From assembly GCA_016748015.1 (NCBI GenBank), contig JAAOMT010000212.1, forward strand, positions 4,605 to 33,679: 29,075 nt of DNA, written 5' to 3'. The stretch comes from Geosiphon pyriformis uo1. Its lineage: Eukaryota; Fungi; Glomeromycota. A model generated the notes under the pieces. That model saw only the letters and a list, made by a program, of their open reading frames with translations, did not search any database and was not told where the DNA came from. Within the stretch, counting starts at the first letter, position 1. The number at the start of each line of letters is the position of its first letter. The position numbers and the translations under genes were made by a program. This document shows, one piece after another, positions 12,280-24,669 of the stretch.

Positions 12280-12942
12280 ATTCAAAGAAGCATTTAAAAT
12301 CACTTGGATATATAAAAAACTTACTAATTACTATAAAAATGCTGACGAAAACAGAAATGTGTTGAATGAGCCAAATTTCACCTTAATTATAACTGGAAAA
12401 AAACCATATTTTCTGATGAAACAGCGTTTCAACTGTTCCCTAACTCAATTGAACATTCGTACAAAGGAAAATGGCTAGTTCGTCCAAGACTGGAAGGTCG
12501 CACCAAAATTTTTTATGTGGAGCGGTTTTCTGCATATTATGGATGCTAAGTTTTATATTGGGAATTTTCCTGTAGCATGTTGGGAAGGGTAATGAAATAT
12601 ATTTGGCAGGAGGTAATTTCAGCAAGGTAACATTTCCCAAGCATACAAGTCGAGTAGCTAAGGCTTGCTAGCAGAAAATGTACCTGTAGTCCAGATCTAA
12701 ACCCCATTGAAAATCCGTGGGAAATCTTTAAATATGAAGTAGATGTAAAATATGGATGGATCGAACAATATATGAAATTCTTTGCCGAAAATTATTTAGT
12801 AAATTCAATATCGCGGCGTTGCGAGTTAATTATCGGAAAGAATCCAAAATTTGTTGCATTTGGCCTTTCTAAAAATATATTGACCATACGATTCTGTGGA
12901 ACTGTATCAATATGCAGTTAACTTTTTTTGTCACACACTGTA
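12280..12942 (+). mobile_element. Tc1/mariner (IS630-Tc1-mariner DDE) transposon relic with right TIR
   Basis: Piecewise translation gives NYNWKKTIFSDETAFQLF (first catalytic D, ~12415), FQQGN..PKHTSRVAK (decayed QQDNxPxH), PDLNPIENPWEIFK (12691-12732) and LVNSISRRCELII. Ends in ...gtcacacactg+TA at 12940-12942 (reverse complement TA-CAGTG, typical of Tc1). Stops and frameshifts present; left TIR not found. Confidence 0.88.
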
Positions 12943-13493
12943 TCTATAGTCTCTCATTTTATATACCCCTAAACACACAGCCTAATTCAAGTACCCGTTC
13001 CCAGGTACAGCATAGGTTTGAAACTGATAGACTGTATATACACTGTTTTAGGCAATTATAATAAATGCGTCAAGATGGATTGATTTTAAAGTTTTTACAA
13101 TATAAACTAAAAAATTTGAGAAATAGCTTAGCTATTTAGGTGTTTAAATTTTATTAATCTATCAGAGAACAATTTCAGATAAAAAGAAGGTGCTCATAAC
13201 TACAACGGTGAAAACGCGCGTCATAATAACTTGAGGATTTCTCTATGTTTTAAGATTTTTTTTAATTTCGGCTTATTTAAGTTCGTTTATTATTTATTTT
13301 ATTAAGTAAAAGATATTTGTTTACGTCTATTCTATTCAATTTGATCTCTCGGATCTAATAACTTTTGTGTCATTAATGACCTTTTTTTTGCATCTTTCAA
13401 AAACTTAAAAAATTACGCCCGCATAAAAAAAAGCATATATAATAAATCACTGGTTTTTATTTAATACCGAATAATCAGATAGGCTCAAATACT

Positions 13494-16400
13494 ATGGAAC
13501 AACTCTCTCCGGATTCGCCGGTAACCAAAAATCTCCACAAACGAAGTCAAGTTGTGCTGAGCTCAACAAGTGATCTATCAAGCCAAAACTTCGCCAAGAT
13601 ACGACCATCACCTAGTTTCATTAAATTATTTTTTGTACAGCTATCCATTATGGTTAAGAGGAATTTGATTTTACAGGTTAGTAATCTTTAAAATTATATT
13701 CATATTTTAAAAATAACCATTAAAATTTCAGTTGTGGCGTATTATAGTTTCGATACAGAAAGTCGACAATATCACAAGCTTTTATCGGCCCTTTTTTGAT
13801 ATTATCCCTTTTATGCATTCTTCAAAAAGCTGATATAAATAAAGATCGAGACAATCTACATCCAGGATCTTATCCATTGCTAGGGGTATTGCCTTGCCAG
13901 GTTTGAAAAAATACTTTTAATAATTTATCATACATAAATATTTTTAATACATCTTTAATTTGCTCGTTTTACAAGGGTCATAAAAATGATAATCATTGTA
14001 TTAATGTGTTATATACACCCGAGACGGAGGAAAATAAAAAAATCATGCAAATATTTTCGGCTAATAATGAAAAACGAACGAATAAACCTATTCCTATGGA
14101 AGACATTAAACTTGGTAATTCAAGTTACTTCATAATCCTAAAATCTTTTTACGAGTTATATCTAAACTAGTTTCATCTTTTTTTAAGATATAAACTATAA
14201 ACCCGATAAAAATTTTGGCATCATCGCCGTACCGGATGCTTCCTTTATTTATAATTACACACTCTATAATCCAAATATCACCTTGTTTGGCATCGAGTTC
14301 ACTACCGTCTCCGGCCCACCAACTAATTATCGTTATCAGATTTGGTACAATAGTAGCCACAGTGACATTACCTTGCATGAAGCTAAACAATTATTATCTT
14401 TTCAACGGGGTATTGATGAAGCCATCAGTAAGACCGAGTTAATAATTTTCGTTTTCTTAATCTTAATTCAATTTTGTATTTCCATTCACTCATTCTATAA
14501 CTTAGTTACTGTAGCTACTAATTCGACACCCGGAAATTCCGATTCCCCGGCATTAAATGTGAGGTTAAAAAATCCGCCATTTATTCCACGAGGAAAATTG
14601 GGTGATGGCATAGTCACTTTGTTTGGATCTACGTTTTTCTTTTCTGTTGAAATGATTATTTTCATCGCGGTTTTAAACACAATCGTTACGGAAAAGGAAC
14701 AAAAATTAACTGCTAGCTTGGTGATTATGGGTCTCAAGAAAGAAGTCTATTGGCTAGCTTATTTCATTTCAACCGCTTGGCTTATTACTATTTGTTCTTT
14801 AATCACTTGCACCTTGGGTCTGGCGTTTAATTTCTTCGTTTTTAAAAATACCGATTTCTTAATTTTGCTAATAACATTTATCTTATTCGGTCTCGCAATG
14901 GTTACACTCGCTTTCTTTATTTCCACCTTCTGTCGCTCAGCACGTGCTGCTGTGCTCATCGGTATCTTATTTTTAGTAATTGGGCTTCTGTTCCAGTCAT
15001 TTGTATTTTCAATCTCGTACATCGGCTATATTTGGTGGGATACACATACAAGCAAAGTTGGTTGGATTATTTTAATGTTTTTCCCATTCTTCAACTTTGG
15101 TAAAATTTATCTGGATATGTCACAATTAACCGCCCGGAATTTCGACTTTTTAATGAACAAAGTTGTTAATGGGCCTGGATTCCATTGGAATGATCTTTAC
15201 CGCCCTATTCCTTCCCATTATCTGCCATCTTATTCTTTTGCTAATCGTAAACCTGATGTACCAAACCCTATTCAAAGTTGGTACTTTTTACTTATGAATA
15301 TTGGCTTCTATTTGCTTCTCACTTGGTACTTTGACAAAATCATTCCAGATGAATTTGGCACATCTTATTCGACTTGGTTCTTTTTATCACCCAAATTTTG
15401 GGGATTAAAATTCTCAAAAGGGTATACATTGGAATCTTGGTTAGCTAGATATCAAAAAGCTAACGTGGAGACTCATCTCGATGAAGATGTTGATATTGGA
15501 AAGGAACGATCGTTAACTTTTGATCCGAATCATGATGTTGTTCTTCGAATTGGGAATTTGAGAAAAATTTTCAGAAAATCTTTATTATCTCATAGCAAAC
15601 TAGATAAAGTGGCGGTGAATGATTTATGTTTAACCTTGAAAGAAAGCGAATGTTTAGCATTACTCGGGCAAAATGGGGCCGGAAAAAGTACATCGATAAA
15701 CATTTTATCAGGTCAAATACCGCCAACATCCGGTGATGCGCTATTATATGGTTTGAGTGTGCAAGAAGATATGGACAAAATTCGAAAAATTATAGGTGTT
15801 TGTCCACAACACGATATTCTTTTCGATGTCCTTACGGCTCGTGAGCATATTGAATTATATGCCACGATCAAAATGATTCCTGCCAAAGAAATTAAAAATT
15901 TAATCGAAAAACGATTAGCAGCAGTACATCTTCTTCAAGTTGCAGATAAACCCGTTAGTACATATTCAGGTGGTATGAAACGTCGCCTAAGCATGATAAT
16001 ATCTACAATTGGTGATCCACAGATTATATTCATGGACGAACCTACTACTGGCATGGACCCAGTGAATCGACGTCACGTCTGGAAATTTGTGGAGAATTTC
16101 AAACGTGGGCGGGTGATTGTACTGACTACTCATTCGATGGAGGAAGCGGATATATTGGGTGATCGTATCGGTGTTATAGCACATGGGCAATTACGCGCCT
16201 TGGGTACTTCTATTCATTTAAAGAATCGATTTAACACCGGATATCGCGTCTTACTTGTTACAAATCCACAGAATTCGCCACTTATTAAAAATTTAATTAA
16301 AAATCTGATACCAAGTGCTGTATTAAAAGATGACTCATGGGGAGCCCTAATTTATGAACTTTCGATAGCAGTGTTACCATCTTTAATAAAATGGTTAGAG

Positions 16401-16619
16401 GATAACGAGGATATAAGTTCTAGCCAGTCGGGAAAGAGTTTAATTACTAGCTGGGGAGTAAGTCAGAAGAGTCTAGAAGAAGCATTTTTGAAGATGTGAG
16501 TATCAAAATATTATATTATATTTGATAAACTAAAAATTAAATTGATAAATATTTAGCTAATTAATTCATTACTTCCTAGTATTCAAGAAACTAATCGGAA
16601 CAATCCCCCGGCTATTTAA
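13494..16619 (+). CDS. ABC transporter subfamily A, half-size (TMD-NBD), 914 aa, 6 exons: join(13494..13676,13748..13900,13976..14114,14188..14427,14506..16495,16580..16619)
   Basis: All five introns are GT-AG and phase-compatible; the spliced length is 2745 nt (915 codons). Walker A GQNGAGKS, signature YSGGMKRRLS, Walker B IIFMDEPTTGMDP and H-loop LTTHSMEEAD are present. ABCA-typical GVCPQHDILF and IVTEKEQKL..L.IMGL motifs, multiple TM helices, and a C-terminal SLEEAFLKII. Confidence 0.92.
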
Positions 16620-16988
16620 ATTAATAGAATTTGAATAATCTGAAATGACAATTAGGGATTATTATAAAAAATTATAAAAGAATAATCTCTAAATGTTAAA
16701 GAATTTTTTTAATTTAAAAAACTTATTCTCATCATAGAAAATGTTGAAATGTTTAATTAAATTAGAATTTATGCTTATCTAGCTAGGAAATTTACTGAAT
16801 CTACTTTTAATAAATTGTTCTCATTGAATTTCTAGGTTTGCTTTTAAGAGATTTAAATAAAAATATAAGGCAAAATAAAGTTTTTTTATTTTTAATTAGG
16901 CTTTTCAGTAGGTGAATGAGTTTTTAAAAACACAATCAAATAATTGACTAACATTGTGTTAATAATTAGTATAATTCTTCAATCATAC

Positions 16989-17372
16989 TGTCACGGTTGA
17001 AACTTTCACTTTTTAGTTTTATTTATTTACTTAGCTATAGTTAGTTACATGTATTAGCCACTGATGTCATTAATTAGCCACCCTAATTTTAGAAGTAGTC
17101 GTTGATGTGATCATTAACTTGATCAATGACCTAATCATTGATTCTTTTTAAAGAGTATATAAATGAGACTTCCCAAAGCTGTAGAAATACATCGACATTC
17201 GGATCAAATTCATTCAAAGCAAATATCAATACAACAATACCAACTCCTTTATTTTTTTTCACTATTTCTTTTCCCTTTCCTTTTCTTGATTTTTATTTTG
17301 TGAAGTATATTGAATAAACATTTACTTAAAAGTACAACTGATACCTGATATTGAATTCTAAGAGCACTGACA
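16989..17372 (+). mobile_element. LTR-like segment (TGTCA...TGACA), right boundary uncertain
   Basis: Starts TGTCA (16989), internal TATATAAA (~17156) and AATAAA (~17313), TGACA at 17368-17372. Flanks do not form a TSD (atac vs tgag). Alternative ends are 17413 (TGACA-gtat) or 17569 (ACA-atac). Confidence 0.4.
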
Positions 17373-18599
17373 TGAGGCATAGAATTATACAAGTGTGTTA
17401 TCTTTTGTTGACAGTATAGACTATCCCTCTATCTTCAGATTCCCTTGTTACCTTTTGGAAAGAATAGTGATTGAGATATTTATGAGACTAATCTCACACA
17501 TTGAATCCTTACTAATTCACTTCACTTATTAAAGTTGAATTACTCTTTGATTATTTTTATTTTCATACAATACTGTTCTCCCTTGCTATCCGTTAGCTTG
17601 TTACATCAGACCATAATAATACCATAAACTTATGAAAATCAGGAAATTATTAGCCATAAACTAAAAATAGGTTTGCAAGTCAGTTTGTGAAATGGAATAG
17701 AAATGTTTTTTTAGTGGCTAATTAACTTAGGTTTCAGAAAAACCAAAAAATTTTCTAGAAAAAAAATGAAAATTTTTGAAAATTTACTTTGTAAAAATTG
17801 AAATTCTAAAAAATCAAAACTTTTTTTTATTTTTTATTGATAATTATCAGTGTGTTAAATATGCATCCTATTATATTTTACCTTTAAAAAGAAGTCTTCA
17901 CATCTCAGATTATTAACAAAAAATTTCAATCCTATGTTTCAAAATGTGGATAAACCTTAGAATTTTATCACTGCTAAAACTAGTAGCTGATGAAAGCCTA
18001 ATAAATTTTCTAATAAATTGGTAATATTCCATTGTCAAGAATATTTCAACAAATGGTATGTTTAACTCATTCATTATGGAAAAAAGGTAACCAAAATATG
18101 TAGCTGGTCTCTTTATAGACGGTGATAAAGAAAATTTATAAAATTTTACAATTTGAAAATTCTTAAATAAAGGATGAGAAACAATCTCGCTAATAAACAC
18201 TATAATAAAATTGAACAAACAAACTAACAATGATAAAGAAAAAATAATTTTATTGGGCATTTAATCCGGGAAGATAAATTTTTTGTAAATTCTCCTGACC
18301 TTTTTATTTCTACATTACAAAGAAGACAAATTGTCTAGAAATCTTGGCAAAAGTAGCAACATTCTGATAACTTTTTCAGCAAAAATAGATTTATAAAGCA
18401 TACTATCGACCTTGATTTGAACTACATATTTTTGAAGTGCACATTCTGGTCATTTTATTTCACAACACCTGAAGAAAAGTACATCTATATTGAATAATGT
18501 ATATCGATTGATAATTTGTGAATGCTCAACTTTAGAGATCAAATTGAAAATATCAATTTGATAAAGTATTCTGCATATTTAGTTAAGGAATAATTTGGT

Positions 18600-21500
18600 T
18601 CATGATTTGAGACAACTTTTATTTATTATAAACAAAAACTGTTATATTACAGTACCATAAACTAGTTTTATTATTGTTTAACCAAAATTTTTATATTGTC
18701 AACAATTTAATTTATAAAATTCATAAACAGTTTACTATCAATAAAACTTTTATCTTAACTTTTTTCTTATAAACAAATAAATTTATAAAACATTTTAAGA
18801 AGTTTATTATTTAATCTAACATATAAAAAATAGCAATGCTACTAATTACTTTTCAAAAAACTTTTAATAAAATGCTTGCATCGTTTTCAGCCTTTTAAAA
18901 AAAATTGTAGTTATTTATATTAAAAATTCTCAAACCCAACAAAAAAGAACATGACATCAAATTGTTTCCAGTTATCAATAACTTCAAATTTGGCAACAAA
19001 GTTTTTTACATAAAACAAAAGTTATTAAACAAATGAGTGAGAGTTTGAGTTAAATAAAATAAATTGTTTTATATATACTAACCTTTAAACAATTTATTAA
19101 TTAGCATACATTATTAATTATCTACTTATTATTTACTTAAATTACTAATAATTCTATTTGATTAATAATCTAATTATACAATCCACAAGTGTAATTAAAT
19201 ATTATAATTAATATATGCAATATTATAAATTATATAATATTAAAAAGTTAGCTAAAATTTACATACTAAAATTCAAAATAAAACTATTCAAATTAGTCTA
19301 ATTTGAAATTCATTAATTATTAACATTAATAAAATAAATTAGTTTATAATATTCAAATTTAAAAAAAGATTTTAAATTGAATTTATATTTAATTGTTCTA
19401 TTTTTATTACAATTCTTAAAATATAAATTATTTAATTTGAAAATAATTTAAAATTGGATTTTTACTGTTATTATAAGTGTTTTTTTTGCCTATTAAATTT
19501 TTTCTTTTTTATTTATTAATAAATATGATTTTTTAAAATTCAATTATTGTTATAATGTTAATAAAATTTCGCCAAATTTCATTGTTGTAGAATAATTTGT
19601 AAATTTATTTAATCGTGCATATCTACTATAAACTTGCTTTTAATATCTTGATCTAAATAAAGCAATTATTATTTATTATAATGTTTTAAATAGTTTTTAC
19701 TTATAAAAAGGCTTAGATATAATAACCAAAATATTTTATTTATTAAAAAGCTCAAATATTTAGATTGTTTTTGGTTTATTTAAACTATTAGTTTTGTAAA
19801 AATATTAATTAATATTAAATTTAAAATATTTAGATTTAATTAAAAAATAACATATTTTAATTAGAATAATGCAATAAATTACACAAAAATAACATAAAAA
19901 ATAAATATAAATCAGAATAAAAAAATTTTTATATATTTAATTTTTTATAAATTGCATAAAAAAAGAAAAAACTAAGCATAAAAAAACTCTTTTTTTATAA
20001 TACTAAATAATTTAATAAACAATAATCTTTTTACTGTTTTTGATTATATTATTTTACATAATACTATACAAAACATAACTTTTTAAAAATTATTATAAGT
20101 AATTTAAACTTATTACAATTTGTTAAATAGTTGTTTTAAAACAAAACCCAAATAATTTTTTAATACACTCTTATTTAAGAAATTAGATATAATAAACACA
20201 ATTATTATAAATATAACCAAAGAAAAAAATAGAAGAAAAATTTATTTTGGTATTAAGAAAAATATAACAAATTATAAATTTAACAAGTTTAATAAAAAGA
20301 CCAAAAATTAAACCTAATATTTTATAGTGGTAAAATAAATAGTTTTTATAATAATATTAATAAAAAATTAATTATATAAAAGATATAAATTAAAAAATAA
20401 GCTTTATTATAAAAAACATAAATATTATAAATACTTTAAATAATATAATTCCATAAAATATTTAACTAAGTTTTTTTATAAAAAATTTAATTAAATAACT
20501 TAATTTTATAATATTAAAAAAAAATTTATTAAGTTAATTGTTTTGGAAAATTTTTATTTTTTTAATATTTAAATATAAATTAAGTTTAAACTAAGTTAAA
20601 AATTGAGTATTAAGCATAATATTATTTCAAATATTAATTTAAATTATAAAAATATGTATATAAATCAGAAAGTTATTATTAAAAAAATGTTTTTAAAACA
20701 ATATTATTAAAGAGTTTAATATTAAGTTGTTGTTAATTTTATTATTAATAAAAATTATTATATTTTTAATAAATTAATTTACTTTTAAAGTATTTTTTTA
20801 TACTTTGAACTATTTGTATTGTTAAATTTTTAATAAAATAGCCAATTTTATGCTAATTATTTTATGTAATTATTTTGTAATAAAATTAATTCTTTTACAA
20901 AAATTTTTGATTATAAGTTTTTTAATAATATATAACTATTTTGCTATAAAAATCAACTTTTTACAAATTATTTTAATAAACTATTGAATATTTTTGTAAA
21001 TTGTTAAATATTTTGACAAATTTTTAAATATTATATAATTTAAAGTATTATATAATTTAATTATTATATTTAATTATGCTTATATATTATATATATATTA
21101 TTATTTAAATAATAATATTTAATAATTTGACTAAATAATAATTAATAAATTAAAAATATGTTTATAAAAATAATTTTATATTAATTAATAGTTAAATTCT
21201 ATTTGATAATATTAGTTATAATAGCAAATAAATATAAAAAATATTAAGCTTTTAAAAACTATTTTAAAAAGTTTAAAAAAAAATATATATAATCTTAGTT
21301 TAAAGAAGTTTAAAATAAATAAAATTATAAAAAGTCAAATTAAAAAACAAATAATATTAAATAAAATTATTATTTTAATATATTTTATTAAATTATATTA
21401 AAAATAAGATTTTTTTAAAATAAAAATAAAACATAATAAGTTATTAAATATAATTAAAAATCTGTTAAATAATAAAAATACTAATTTGTTTAATATTTTA

Positions 21501-21750
21501 AAAATATTACAATAAGTTTATCTTGAACTTATTATTAAATTTGTTAAATATATTAATTTTTAGATTGTAAAAAAATTTAATTTTTAAAGTTAATAATTAA
21601 AAAAATGTTTTAATAAGTATTTAATCTATTGTTTTAATAAAAATTTTTAAGAAAATGTTTTTTAAGTTCATTTAAATTAAAAATTTTTTATTTATAATAA
21701 ATTTAATATTCTTTATAAAAATAATTTTAGTTTTAAAAAATATTTCAATC
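18600..21750. other. Extremely AT-rich, CpG-depleted block, probably heavily decayed transposon sequence (family not recognisable)
   Basis: No ORF in the track and very few C/G or CG. Contiguous with recognisable decayed LINEs. No motif could be confidently read. Confidence 0.45.
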
Positions 21751-24669
21751 TTTTTTTTTATATATAATCAGTTACTTAGACCAATTAAAACAACACTATA
21801 TTTTTACCAGAATTTTTGTACTATTATTTAAATCTAAAAAAATAAACAAGTCTTGTACAACCCTAAATTAATAGCAAAAAACTTTATAATACCAAGCAAA
21901 CAAATTATATTAGCTGACAAAAATCTAAACAAATTATAGAAAATCTTAAGCAAAATTTTTGTATTATTGACTAATTTACACTTCTTTATATCTATCTTAA
22001 ACTTTAATTTAAACAACTATAATTTACTTTAATTTTTTTTAGTTAATGATAAATAAAATCAATTATTAGTATTATAAACTTTTTTTTATTACCAAAAATT
22101 AATACTGTTTTATCAATCCAGTTTTTAAAAACAAAATTTTTGTATAAAATTATGTAGATATTATTATAAATAATTATTTAAAATATTGAAACAAATAACA
22201 AATCTGTAATTTAGTGCTTAATAGTTGTTGATAATAGTAATTTCTGAAGATTTTGGTATCTAAAAAATTTGGTTGAATTCTTTGTATAATAAACAAAAAT
22301 TTAATTAATGTTTTTTTTATGAATTTTTTTTAGCATAATAGTTAATTTATTTTGATAGTTGTATTTTTCTGGTAAGCTATCTTTAAGTTTTTTATTTTTG
22401 TTCTTCAAGTCTTTTACCAGACTATTTTTAATATTAATTAGTAAGTACTTAATCTCTTAATTAATTAGTAAACAACCAAAAAAATAAAAATAAAAAAAAT
22501 AAAATTAATATTCTGTTAATAGCCATAATTAAAAGCTATTAGTCTAATATAGTTAAGTATTGGATTTTATCAACATAAGTGTTAATAGTATGGACATAAT
22601 TAATATTTTTTAATTAAATAATAACAACATAAATTAGATAATAATAGATGTTTTTATTAATATAAATATAATTCTATTTTAAATTATAAAAAACTATTTT
22701 TCGAAAAGATATTTACTAACTATTAATTAGTTGTTATTGTTCTTTTTTTTGTTTTTAATATTTTTATTATATATACATAATTCGTATTATACAAGATTCT
22801 ATATATTTTTATTTTTTTCTATATTACTTTCTGAAAATATGTTTATTTCTAAAAATGTGCTTATTTATTAAGTACTATTCTTCTATTAGTTTATTTTATG
22901 ATCTGTTTTTTTTATCTTTTTCTAGTACTTTTTTTCTATGAATAACAATACTTATATCTAAAACTGCTAAATAAAAAATGTGTAGTATTAATAAAAACAA
23001 TACAATATAAATCTTTATTAGAGATTTTTATAGCTTAATATTCTTATAAAAAAATCTTGAAATACACAAAAGCATTTTTTAAATAAATAAAAACATAATC
23101 AGATAGTTTAATATTATTATTAACCAAGCACAATACTTCCAAATAAATTTTGTTATAAAATTTTTTTCTAATTACAACTAATAATATTTTATGAATTGTT
23201 TTTATTAAGTATATATAAAAAGCAGTTAATGTTTAACTAATAAAACTAAAAAACATATAAAAATCTAAATACCAAACCAAAACACAAATTCAGTTTATGT
23301 TTTTAATGAGTAAGCTTTCTTGAATTTTTGCACTAGAACTTGCTTTTTATTAAATATGGTTAATAGTTCAATAAATATTATAAACAAAATAATAAGTATT
23401 ACCTAATATAATTAAATTATCAGTCAGAATAAATTTTTTTCAAATTTTTAATAGAAAAAACTAAACAAGACTATACTGTATTATATGCTAAAACATTAAT
23501 AAGATTATTATCTGTATTTTTTAAATGGCTTTTAACCTTTACTTATTTTACAAAAATGTTTTTTGTTCTAATTAAATTAGCTATATGTTATTTTTTTATT
23601 TAACATTTATTCTAAAAATTAGACAGATAAAACTTAAGCTCTAAAAAAAAAGTACTTATAGCAATTTGATTATTTATATATAAAATTACTAAGCAAAAAA
23701 ACACATACTTTAATGTTAAAACAATTGTCTATAATTCTAATATTATTAAAAACAACAACTTATAGACTTTAACAGTTACTTTTATCTTAATATAAAGAAA
23801 ATAAGCCATTATTTTACTAGTTATTTTGGCAATCCCCAATTTTTTTAATAAATTATTAGTATAAATATTAATTTTTTTAGTTTACAATTCATGCAAATGT
23901 TTTTAAATGTTCAAAAATTTTTTTGAACAAAAAAAATCCAAGTAGCCAAAGTTGAAAACAAATTTATTAGCTTTAATAATTAAATTTTTCAAGTAAGCAG
24001 ATGTCTTTTTAAATTATAATAATACTGAATTTTAAGAATTCAACTTTTTTTAATAATAAAATGTCTTCTAATTTATAACTACTCTATGTTTGTTCAATAA
24101 TCTGTTTCTAAAAGTAATATTAAAATATTTTAAAAAATAAACTACATTAAAGTAATAAGAATTTCTTAAAATAACAAACATTAAAAAATAGCCAAATTTA
24201 TAAAATACACTAAGCAAATTATTTACCAAAAAGATTATAGTATCTAAAAATTTTTTTACAATGCTTATCAAAAAATTATTAATCAGACTAATTCTTAACT
24301 TAACCAAATATTGCAATAAATTTTTAAGTGCTTAATATAAAACTTACAGATCCAAAAAGCAGTATTTAAACAACTGGCCAAAATTTTTGTTATATTAAAA
24401 AACCAGACTATAAAAACAACTTTTATTTCTGTTTATATTTGTTTAAAAAGGTTCAATTATAAAAAAAAGATAGTGCAAAGCCTTATTAAGAAAGTTTTTT
24501 GGCAAATTAATCTTAAATTTGAGTTTTTTGATACATATTCTTAAACACAAAGCTAAACTGTATTCAGTAATTTACTATAGATTAAAAAATTATTAAAAAC
24601 AAATAAAAAAACTGCTTGTTTAAAAATATCTTTTTAAAAACTAAATTTAAAAAAAATCTGATATCTAAA
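21751..24669 (-). mobile_element. 5'-truncated, degenerate non-LTR retrotransposon (LINE): post-RT region, RNase H, C-terminal Cys/His finger, poly(A) tail; interrupted by a solo LTR
   Basis: The minus strand shows decayed RNase H motifs in the correct order: IYTNNL (YTDGS, 23863-23852), ILEL*TIVLTL (AELxAIxxAL), LYINNQIAI (xTDSQxAI) and *VKVKSHLKNTDNNLINVLA (WxKxKGHxGxxGNxxAD, ~23545-23487). A decayed zinc finger follows (VLCLVNNNIKLSDYVFIY, ~23135-23085). ORF-like sequence ends ~21810, with a T9 run at 21751-21759 as poly(A). Confidence 0.82.
22162..22947. mobile_element. 786-bp solo LTR inserted in the minus-strand LINE, 4-bp TSD (atat/atac)
   Basis: Termini tattat... / ...ataaca (TGTTAT...ATAACA with one G>A). 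Flanks are atat 22158-22161 and atac 22948-22951. Removing the insert plus one TSD restores a continuous LINE frame, LDISIYIILYKNFVFKNWIDK. Confidence 0.72.

Noticed and set aside
13211-13222. ACGCGCGT (MCB-like) upstream of ABCA; CACGTG at ~10755
   Set aside because: Single short motifs with no independent support.
14283-16499. 738-aa single-exon ABC ORF as the full gene
   Set aside because: It starts at an internal TTG, reads through an intron and stops inside the last intron (AT|GTGAG). The spliced 6-exon model fits better.
17913-18260. 115-aa minus ORF with hydrophobic N-terminus as a secreted protein
   Set aside because: Composition is explained by AT-rich codons inside a TE-rich zone; no motif or splice support.
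20000-21100. Possible Gypsy pol remnants
   Set aside because: No RT, RNase H or integrase motif could be read convincingly in any frame.
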